Position numbers and translations under genes: made by a program. From positions 288,001-352,000 of the forward strand of contig CAWDXG010000004.1 of NCBI GenBank assembly GCA_963806225.1: a stretch of DNA of 64,000 nt, given 5' to 3'. The stretch comes from an uncultured delta proteobacterium (GTDB lineage Bacteria; Myxococcota_A; Polyangia; Polyangiales; Polyangiaceae). Below are positions 20,057 through 32,339 of the stretch, in pieces (position 1 is the stretch's first letter; every line of letters starts with the position of its first letter). Below the pieces are notes generated by a model. That model ran no database searches. It saw only the letters and a list, made by a program, of their open reading frames with translations, and was not told the origin of the DNA.

Positions 20057-21524
20057 CATTCGTGTTCGGTTAACGCCGCGGCCGGGGCGTACCGCGGCGC
20101 TGACGCGCGTCGGATTCCTGGATCATTTCGATCCGTTACGCGTGCAGGTTGCAGTGGGGCGCCCCCTTCGATCTTCTCCAGGTGTCCAAGCCAGAAGAAA
20201 GGTCGAAAGGAATGCCCCAGCCGCAAGAGAGCCAGATCCGCCAGCAGTTGACCAGCTTGATTTCGCCGCAGCTGATCCGCCGGCGGGCGCGCAGCCTCGG
20301 CGCGGTGAAGCGGCGCCGGCGGGTCGATCCCGTCGCGCTCGTCTACGTGTTGGTGCTCGGCTTCGGCCGTGGCCGCACCAGGACGCTGGCCGCGCTCCGC
20401 CGCGCGTACGCGCTGGCCACCGGAGTCACGCTAGCCCCGTCAGCGTTCTACGATCGCTTCACGCCGGAGCTGGCGGAGTTGATGCGCCAGCTCACCGAGG
20501 TCGCGTTCGCCAAGCTCGCCAACAGCGACTCCCGCCTCGCTCTCGCGCTGTCGGCCTTCGCGAAGGTCTTCGTCGTCGACGGCTCCCTCATCCGGCTACG
20601 CGATGCTCTCGAGGCCGACTACCCCTCGGTGTGGACCAATCACACCAAGGCCAGCGCGAAGCTCCATGTGGTGATCGATGGCGCCCATCGCACACCCGAG
20701 CAGATCCAGATCGTGCCCGGCGCGCGCCACGATCTGAATCTGCTCGCGGTGGGCCCATGGTGCCGCAGCAGCCTGCTGCTCTTCGACCTCGCCTACTACC
20801 AGGGCAAGCTGTTCCGGAAGATCATCGACCACGGCGGCAGCTTCCTCTGCCGTGTGAAAAAGGACGCCAACTTCGTCATCGCTGCAGCGAGCAAGGCCTC
20901 GTGGGTCGGTTGCAAGCATCGCGACATCATCGGGACCATGAAGGGTCACTCCTTCGAAGTGGAAGTCGACTACATCTACCGCAACGCCCCCGAGCGCGAC
21001 TGGAGGGCGCGTCACATCCGCCTGCGCTTGATTGCCGACTGGGACTCCCGCAGCCGCGCGCACCGCCTCTACCTCACCAACGCCCCGCAGGCGCAGCTCG
21101 GCGCATCGACAGCTGCCGGCGTGTACGCCATGCGCTGGGAAGTCGAGCTGCTATTCCGCGAACTGAAAAGCCAACTCCGGATGGAGCAGATGCCGAGCGG
21201 CAACAAGGCAGCCTCCGAGTGCCTCATCTATTCGACGCTCCTTGCCCTGGCCTTCGGCCGCTGCCTGCACCGCGCTCTCGCGAAAGGCGAGAGCGCGCGC
21301 CGCCTCTTCCAGCGATGTCCTGTCGATCGCTGGGCCGCCGTCTTTCGCGCCGCCGCCGCCAGCGTGCTCGACCTGCTGGTCGCGCCGCCCCCACTCCGCC
21401 GCCGACTCGATCGCCGCCTCCGCGACGTGCTCCGCCGCGAAATGCGCGACCCCAACACCCGCCGACTTCTGCTCAGATCACGCGCCCAACTCGGTCGACT
21501 CGCTGCGTAAACCGATCACGAATG
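20057..21524 (+). mobile_element. Complete IS4-family insertion sequence, 1468 bp
   Basis: TIRs CATTCGTGTTCGGTTAACGC / GCGTAAACCGATCACGAATG (18/20 match); 10-bp TSD AACGCCCAGA at 20047-20056 and 21525-21534. Confidence 0.95.
20212..21510 (+). CDS. IS4-family DDE transposase
   Basis: VVDGS, LFDLAYY, YAMRWEVELLFRELK (Y-R-E-K signature). Confidence 0.93.
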   Translation: MPQPQESQIRQQLTSLISPQLIRRRARSLGAVKRRRRVDPVALVYVLVLGFGRGRTRTLAALRRAYALATGVTLAPSAFYDRFTPELAELMRQLTEVAFAKLANSDSRLALALSAFAKVFVVDGSLIRLRDALEADYPSVWTNHTKASAKLHVVIDGAHRTPEQIQIVPGARHDLNLLAVGPWCRSSLLLFDLAYYQGKLFRKIIDHGGSFLCRVKKDANFVIAAASKASWVGCKHRDIIGTMKGHSFEVEVDYIYRNAPERDWRARHIRLRLIADWDSRSRAHRLYLTNAPQAQLGASTAAGVYAMRWEVELLFRELKSQLRMEQMPSGNKAASECLIYSTLLALAFGRCLHRALAKGESARRLFQRCPVDRWAAVFRAAAASVLDLLVAPPPLRRRLDRRLRDVLRREMRDPNTRRLLLRSRAQLGRLAA

Positions 21525-21702
21525 AACGCCCAGACTGCGAAGTCGTCCCCGGGCTATGCTGAACAAGAAGACAGCGTCGCGCTGACCGGGCTGCGCGTTG
21601 CGGCTGTCGAAGCGCGGCGCGCTCGGTTCAGCGGGGGCGACGCTTTCGACACGGGAGTATCCGCTTGTTTTCGAGCGACGCCGTCGATAACGTGCATCAT
21701 GA

Positions 21703-22815
21703 GTGTCCAGGCCCTGCAGTGCAGATCTCCGCGTTACGCGGGCGCTCATCGAGCAACTGAACACTTTCGACCTGGCTGTACCCGGAGCGGCGCTGGAAGC
21801 GCTGATGCCCGAGCTGCAGGAGGCGCTGGCAACTGATTGCGTGGCGGCCTGGTCGCCAGGCATTTCGGACACGGGCTACCAGCTGGAACGGGCGGTCGTC
21901 GCTGGCCGGCCGTCAGGCGCCGCCGAGGGTGCGGGGCGCGCCCTCGATGACTGGCTGCGGTCGGGACGAAAGTATCTTTCGCTCTACGATCCGGCCGATG
22001 TCGCGCCCGCTCAGCGCAACGTCGTCATCGAGTTGCCGTCCCAGACGGCACTCGACGCCGGCCTGGTGAGGAGAGTCGCGACGGAGCGATTCAAAGTGCC
22101 GCGGCAAGCGATCGACGAGATGGTCGCGGCCTACTCGCGTATGGGGCCAGCATACGTTCGGATCTCCGCGCAGCACCACCTGCAGCTGCGCGTGCTCGTG
22201 ACCGACGGTCGCGCGCTGCTTGCCTGGGTGGGAGCGCTGCAGCCGGAATCGTTCAGCGCGCGGCAACGATTCGTGTTTCGACGGATCGTACCGGCGCTCC
22301 AGCGGCGATTGAAGCTGGAAGCCCAGCTTCGCACCGTGCCACTTCTCGAAGCGGCGCTCGATGCAGCACTGGATCGCCTTCCGAGTGAAGCGTTCGTGAT
22401 CGATGCCAAAGGACGGGTCCACGTGGCGAACGCTGCGGGCCAGGCGTCGCTCGCGCGATCCCGGGCGACAGTGCGGGAACGGCTCCAGCACGCGCTGGCG
22501 AGCCAGTCGGACACAGCGTTCGAGCTTGTGGAGCTCGCAGCAAGCGGCCTGCCGAAGCACTACCTGGCCATCAAGCGGGCGCAGGGCAGTGCGAGAACGT
22601 CAGCGCTCGCGGCAGTGGCGCGATCCCGCTTCGGACTTACCAAGCGCGAGACGGATGTGCTGCAGCAGGTGCTCGGAGGCTGCACCAACAAGCAGATCGC
22701 TGTCGTGCTCGGCTGTGCGGAACGCACTGTGGAAGTGCACGTCGGCCGGCTCCTGGCGAAGTGCGGTGTGGACACGCGCTCGGCGCTCGTGGCGCGCATC
22801 TGCCTCGAGTGCTGA
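21703..22815 (+). CDS. LuxR-type HTH transcriptional regulator
   Basis: C-terminal LTKRETDVL...NKQIAVVLGCAERTVEVHV. Confidence 0.85.
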   Translation: MSRPCSADLRVTRALIEQLNTFDLAVPGAALEALMPELQEALATDCVAAWSPGISDTGYQLERAVVAGRPSGAAEGAGRALDDWLRSGRKYLSLYDPADVAPAQRNVVIELPSQTALDAGLVRRVATERFKVPRQAIDEMVAAYSRMGPAYVRISAQHHLQLRVLVTDGRALLAWVGALQPESFSARQRFVFRRIVPALQRRLKLEAQLRTVPLLEAALDAALDRLPSEAFVIDAKGRVHVANAAGQASLARSRATVRERLQHALASQSDTAFELVELAASGLPKHYLAIKRAQGSARTSALAAVARSRFGLTKRETDVLQQVLGGCTNKQIAVVLGCAERTVEVHVGRLLAKCGVDTRSALVARICLEC

Positions 22816-22837
22816 CAGCGGGGACGCGGCCAGCGGC

Positions 22838-23194
22838 CTATGCGAACAGCTGGCGGGCCACTTCCTCGGCATGGGTGAGCGGTAGCATGTGCGAATGGGC
22901 TTCGAGCACCGCCAGCGCCGCGTTCTCTCCGAGCGCGGCTAGGCGCTCGCCTTCGACCAGGGGGACGAGCGGATCGTGGCGGGCGTGTAGAACGACCGTC
23001 GGCGTCGTGTAGCGCGCGATGCGCGCGCCTTCCTGCCCGAAGACCAGCAAGCTCTCGATGGCGCGCGCGAGGCGCTCGGTCGGCTCTTTCTCGGCGCGGC
23101 GAAAGGCATCTATTCCGGGCTCATCGCGTTCGTCGGGGTGCAGGAACGGATCGAGGAATTGCGGCACCAGGAGGGCCAGGAAGTCCAACCCCAT
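22838..23194 (-). pseudogene. C-terminal part of an alpha/beta hydrolase fused to repeat-encoded MGLDFLAL
   Basis: PTVVLHARHDPLVP and HSHML acid/His motifs; the nucleophile half is missing. Confidence 0.75.
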
Positions 23195-23343
23195 TCCCGA
23201 AGTGTACGCCTGGCGGCAGAGCCGGGACAGTGGAGCGGGGGTCAACGGCGCGGATCGGCGCGGACAGGCTGGTGGAAGGGCGTAACCACCGGGAATCAGT
23301 GGACATAACGCCCAGACTGCGAAGTCGTCCCCGGGCTATGCTG
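23172..23343. repeat. Array repeat copy 8 (consensus; transposase-proximal, putative oriIS end)
   Basis: Direct match; lies about 90 bp downstream of the transposase stop. Confidence 0.97.
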
Positions 23344-23432
23344 ATCGAATCCAACGCGCACCGGTGCGCTGGGTCGCGGGAGGCGGCCCGCCTCTGGGCT
23401 TGGGTTGGGCGCTCGCCAGGCGCGCGGTCTGG

Positions 23433-25041
23433 CTAGGGGTCGGGCGGCGGGAGGTCGAGGAGATCGGGCGCGGCGTGGGCTGGCAGGATCGGGGGTGGCG
23501 CCGCGGGGAGACGCAGCTCCTGAAGGACGGTGCGGGCTGCGTCGGGATCGGTGACGAGGGCGGTGAAGCGGAGGCGGCCGCCGCAGGGGCACGCGAGGGC
23601 GTCGATGTCGTAGACGCGACGCAGGAGCGTGGCCCAGTCGATGCGGGAGATGGCGCTCTCGAAAGTCCGGAGGGCGTCGCAATCCGCGATAGCACGAGTA
23701 GCCGGCGTGTCGGTGGCGACGCTGCGCTTCACCGGTGGTGGTGAGCACGAGGCGATCGGCACGCCGCCCTGCTCGACATTGCTCTTCGCGCTCTCGTCAG
23801 GCGCGGATGCGCAGCGTTCGGGCGCTGGGTCGTCCTGGCGCTGGGTCTTGCTTTCGCGGCTCGCACGTGTGCTCGAGCACGACTGGGGATTTCGTTCGCT
23901 GTGCCTGGGCGCGAGCGCGACGACGGCGCCCCGGTGGGGAAAGTTGGGGGCGATGGCGCCGTGGAAGCGGATGAGTGGCGTGCGCGGTGGCGGCACGAGC
24001 GCGGCGAGACGAGCGAGAAATTCGAGCGGCTCCATCACGCGGTGGGTCTGGTCGGGGCGCCACGGGCTCTTGATCTGGTAGGCGACGTGGCCGCTGGGGA
24101 GCAGACTCAAGCGTTCGAGGCTGAAGGGCGGGCGACCGCAGTAGCGAAGCAGCAGCTCTCGGCCGAAGCTGTTGCCGGCGGGGACGCACACGGCAGCGTG
24201 CAGGCCGAAGCCCTGCGCCTCACCCAGGTAGCGGCTGCGGCGACCGCGCGGTGGCTGGAGTTTGGCGAGCTCGGCCTGCTCTTCAGCGTCTGCGGGCCGA
24301 GCGTTCTCGCCGGGCACGGATGCGAGCACGCCGATGCCAAGGGAGAGCTGGGTGCAGCTATCGAGGGCGGATTGTTCCGGCGGCTCGTTGTTGAAGTGAT
24401 CGGGCTCGGGCGTGATGAGGCCGCGGCGTTCGAGCCAGCGGATGAAGCGGGTGGCGATGCGATCGCAGAGGGCGTCGATCTCGTCGCGCCCGGGTGGCGG
24501 GAGCTGGTGGAAGCGCGCCCGGGAAATGGCGCCGGGCGTGGAGCCCGGCTCGATCGCAAACACACCGTCGACGAACGCGGCGTGGTTGTGGGTATTGAGG
24601 TTGAGACTGCCGCCGAAGCGCTGGGGGAACGAGACGCCGGCGCCGCGCACGCTCTCGCCGGGGCGCTTTCCGATGCCGGCCTGTCGGGCACGGCGCTCGT
24701 GGAAGCGGAGCAACTCTTCGGCCTGGATGCGGCACATGGCGCCGAAGGCGGTGGCGTTCCTGGCCAGGAGCAGGCGCAGGTCGAAGGGTACGGTGAGCAC
24801 CCACTGCCGCAGCGGCACATCGGGGAAGACGCGGTCGACCAGGTGGGCGGCGGTGTTGTGCATCCGGCGGGCGCTGCACGAAGGGCAGACGCCGCGGCGC
24901 TTGCACGAAAAAGCCAGGAGAAGCGACGCCCTCGAGGTGTTGCTGCACGATCCGGTACAGCGCCGTCTGTTCGGGCTGACGGCGGCGCCGGTAGCCGGGC
25001 GAGGCAACGTCGCTGATGTCGGGAGCGCGCGGGCGCAGCAC
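23433..25041 (-). mobile_element. ISCR/IS91-like rolling-circle HUH transposase, disrupted by an apparent deletion/frameshift near 24930
   Basis: YRRRRQPEQTALYRIVQQHLE in one frame; AFSCKRRGVCPSC, RQWVLTVP, QRFGGSLNLNTHNH, GFGLHAAV, LLRYCGRP, RFHGAIAPN, WATLLRRVYDIDALACPCGG in another. Confidence 0.9.
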
Positions 25042-25309
25042 GTGCTGCGCTTTGGCAAGCGGCGCGCCTGCTCCAAGTGTGCGGGATCACACGTGCCAGG
25101 GGTGGCGGGTGCCGGGTTCGCCGGCGGCGGTCGCCAGGCTGGCCGGTTCTTCTACCGCGCCGGTCCCACTGCGCGGGCTCGCCCGGAAGCCCGGGATCAC
25201 GACGGACCCCGCCGGGCCCGCGCCCGCCGGCGCGCCTCCAGCTCCGGCTGCCCACCCAGCGCGGGAGGCCGTCCGCCAGGCCCGCACAGCTTGAAACTGT
25301 CGATCGCGA

Positions 25310-25621
25310 TCAGTCCGGAGCCGTCGAAGCAGCGCATGCGATATGGACCAGCCGCGCCAGGTCGTCGCCGCTCCAGCCGTAGCCGTCGGTCCACTCCGCG
25401 AGCCACGCCAACGCGGCGGCGGGATCGGCGAGCGCGTTCAAATCGTCCCAGTGGCTGAAAGCTGGATCACAGGTCACGCCCTTGTGGGCGAGCGCCAGCT
25501 TCGTGACGGTCATCGTGTCCACGTCGAGCTGCCAGGTCACGATGGCGGGCACACCCAGAAGCGACCCGCCGCAGCGGTCGCAGCGGAGCACCGAATCGAC
25601 GGTCATGGGTTTCTTGGTCAT
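25310..25621 (-). CDS. Small hypothetical protein with CxxC
   Basis: ATG preceded by GGAGAG; LRCDRCGG. Confidence 0.5.
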   Translation of the reverse strand: MTKKPMTVDSVLRCDRCGGSLLGVPAIVTWQLDVDTMTVTKLALAHKGVTCDPAFSHWDDLNALADPAAALAWLAEWTDGYGWSGDDLARLVHIACAASTAPD

Positions 25622-25948
25622 GGTTCTGCTCTCCGTCCGGCCGGATACCCCATCACTGGCGCGGGGCCGGCTCCAACGGCCGTCACGACGCGGCGCCCCC
25701 GAGCGCCTCCTGCTTGCCGTCCAGCATCCGCTCACGCTCCAGCAGGATGCGGCGGGCCTCCTCGGGCTGCCCGGCGTGCAGCGCCCGCCGGATGGCCCTC
25801 AGCGTGGCCAGCTCGGCCTGGCGCTGGTCGGTGTGCAGGACCTGGCCGAGCTGGGATCCAGCCGGCGGGATCCTATCCGCCGCCGTCGGCTGCCCGTCGT
25901 TGTCACGCGGGGCTGGCGACGTGTCCCGCCCACTGGAAGGAGCTGCTG

Positions 25949-27647
25949 TCAGGCTTCCGACGCCAGCGCCAGCTCCGGCGCGATCGAGGTCTCGCCCGAG
26001 ACGGGCGCCTCGTCGGTTTCCCGCAGGTTCTCTTCGAGCCAGGCTTCGTCGCCCTTTTCCGCGATGGCCTTCTGCTGCAGGTCGAGCTGCTCGTACACGT
26101 AGGGCAGCATGGACTCGAAGTGGACGTACAGGACGCTCAGCGTCGCGAGCGCCTCGAGCCCCGCACGGTTCTTCGTCACCACGCGCCAGAGCGCCTTCCA
26201 GAACGGGCCCCGCGTGGCCTTCATGCGCGTCATCTTCACGCACAGGCGCAGGAACGTGCGCACATTGCGGAAGAAGATGTACCAGCCCGGGATCATCACG
26301 GGGACGGTGTTCAGGCGCGTGGCGACATCGGCGCAGCGCTTGAAGTATTGCTCCGGGTCGAACGAGTGATGCATCACGCGCTCGAGGTCGCGGATGACAT
26401 CGGCCGGCGGTCGCTGCGCCTTGAACTGCAGGCCCGCGGAGACCTGGTCGCGCGCGCCTTCGGCGATGCTGTAGCGCGCTTTGGGGAACAGGCGGTGCTC
26501 GCGGTCGAGGCGCTTCGATAGCTGCGTGCCGGGCAGCGGATAGACGACGCCCGCCATCACCCAGGGAATGCATGCGTCGTCGATACAGCCGATGATCTCG
26601 TCGGCGATGTTGTCTGGCTCGCCGTCGAGCCCGATCAAGAAGCCGGAGTGCAGCGTCGCGCCCGCCTCCCGGTAGATGCGGTCGGTGGCTTCCGCGATCG
26701 AAAACCCGGTGTTCTGCGGCTTCTGGGCGCCCTTGAGCGCCGACTCGCTGGGCGTCTCGATGCCAACCAGCATCGCCTTGAAGCGCGCCTCGCGTAGCAG
26801 GGTCAGGAGCTCCGGATCGCTCGCCACGTTCAGCGTCACGGATGTCGACAGCGTGAACGGGTAGTTGTGCTTCTTCAGCCAGTCCGCGATACCGCGCAGG
26901 AACGGCTTCACGTCCTTGAGGTGTCCGACCAGGTTGTCGTCGAAGAAGTCGAGCTGCCCACGATAGCCGAGGTCGTAGAGCTGCTGGAACTCGGCCAGCA
27001 CCTGCTCCAGCGTCTTGGTCCGGTACTTGTTCTTGAACAGGTCGATGACGTTGCAGAACTCGCAGTGATACGGGCAACCACGCGAGTACTGCACCCCGAT
27101 GTACAGGTAGTCGCGGTGGTTGATCAGGTCGAAGCGCGGCACCGGGCTCTCTTCCTTGAGATCCGGCAGGCGGTCGGCGTGGAACTCGCCCCGCGTCTCG
27201 CCGCGCTCCAGCGCCTGCGAGCAGCATCGGCACGGTGACCTCGCCCTCGTCGAAGCACAGGAAGTTGGCGTCCGCTTCCCGGTAGAACTGCGGGCTGAGC
27301 GTCGGATCGGGACCGCCGACGACGACCGGCAGGCCCAGCGCCCGCGCCTTCTTGATCACCTCGACCGCACGACCGCGGTGGACGATCTTGCTGCCGACCA
27401 TCACGATATCGGCCCAGTCGAGATCGGCTTCCTCCAGCATCCGCACGTTCTCGTCGACGAGGCGGATGTCCCAGTCCTGGGGCAGGAGCGCCGCCACGGT
27501 GAGCAGACCGAGCGGCGGTGTCATGTACTTCACGCCCGCGAGCTCGCACACCTTCTCGAAGTTCCAGAACGAGAAGCTGTCGAACTTGGGCCAGAGCAGG
27601 AGCGCTTTCACGCGCGAGACGCTAGCCCCCGGCGCGCGCGTCTGCAT
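25949..27647 (-). CDS. B12-binding radical SAM protein (frameshift near 27200)
   Basis: PPLGLLTVAALLP B12 domain; SRGCPYHCEFC. Confidence 0.9.
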
Positions 27648-27714
27648 TGACCGCAGTCAACGGACGAGCAGCCCGGCGTGTCGAAAACCGGCGGAGAGCC
27701 GCCGCGCCGCCGCC

Positions 27715-30211
<2,497 letters not shown>

Positions 30212-30232
30212 GTACGGTGTGACAGGCCGGAC

Positions 30233-31486
<1,254 letters not shown>

Positions 31487-31635
31487 TTGTACCCTCGACG
31501 CGGCTTCGATCCGCGCACAATGGCTAGTAATCCGGAAAGAAGTCTAAAGCCCGCGCCCAGGGGTCGCAAGGTTCGGGCAGCCGCCCGGCCCTGCCCGGCC
31601 CAACCGATGCCGGGCCCGACCTGACGCCGCTGGCT

Positions 31636-32293
31636 CTAATCCTTCTTCTTGTGCTCGAAGATCTCGTCGATGAGCCCGTACTCCAGGGCCTGCGCCGGGC
31701 CCATATAGAAGTCGCGCTCGATGTCCCGCGTGATGTCCTCGCGCGGCTTGCCGGTCGAACGCACCAGGATGTCGGTCACGACGTCCTTCATATGACGGAT
31801 CTCACGGGCCTGGATCTCGATGTCCGTGGCCTGGCCGCGGGCGCCGCCCAGCGGCTGGTGGATCATGATGCGCGAATGCGGCAGGGCGTAGCGCCGGCCC
31901 TTGCCGCCGGCACCGAGCAGCAGCGCACCCATGCTGGCCGCTTGGCCGATGCAGATCGTGCTGACCGGGCAACGGACGTACTGCATGGTGTCGTAGATGG
32001 CGAGGCCCGCCGTCACCACGCCGCCCGGAGAGTTGATGTAGAGCTGGATGTCCTTGTCCGGATCTTCTGATTCTCAGAAAGAGAAATTGGGCGATGATGA
32101 TGTTCGCCACGTCATCGTCGACCTGGCTGCCGAGGAACACGATGCGGTCCTTGAGCAGCCGGCTGAAGATGTCCCAGGTCCGCTCGCCCCGGTGCGTCGT
32201 CTCGACGACGTGGGGGTAGATGATGCTGTCCCGGGCGGCTTCCCGCTCCAGTACGTCGAGGGCCTGCGCACGGGTCTCGGGTCGCTTCACCAT
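31636..32293 (-). CDS. clpP: Clp protease proteolytic subunit (frameshift near 32075)
   Basis: [27 protein letters not shown]. Confidence 0.95.
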
Positions 32294-32339
32294 GTGTCCG
32301 TTCTCCTCCTAGCCAGCCGGAACGCCGAACGCGCCGCGT

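Larger units (their letters stand above)
19912..21561. repeat. Array repeat copy 7, split by IS4 (19912-20056 and 21525-21561)
   Basis: Both halves match the consensus and rejoin exactly once the IS and one TSD are removed. Confidence 0.95.

Noticed and set aside
3284..23343. CRISPR array or integron cassette array
   Set aside because: The 172-bp repeats and kb spacers are far outside CRISPR sizes and there are no cas genes. The repeat lacks RYYYAAC/GTTRRRY attC ends, there is no IntI, and cargo is cut mid-gene.
3284..23343. Independent MITE insertions into a pre-existing region
   Set aside because: No target duplications or terminal inverted repeats, all copies share one orientation, and left and right flanks belong to unrelated genes.
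3284..23343. Sequencing adapter/concatemer artefact
   Set aside because: Copies carry graded substitutions, one is interrupted by an IS with a TSD, and the unit sits at a transposase ori position. Read-level confirmation is still needed.
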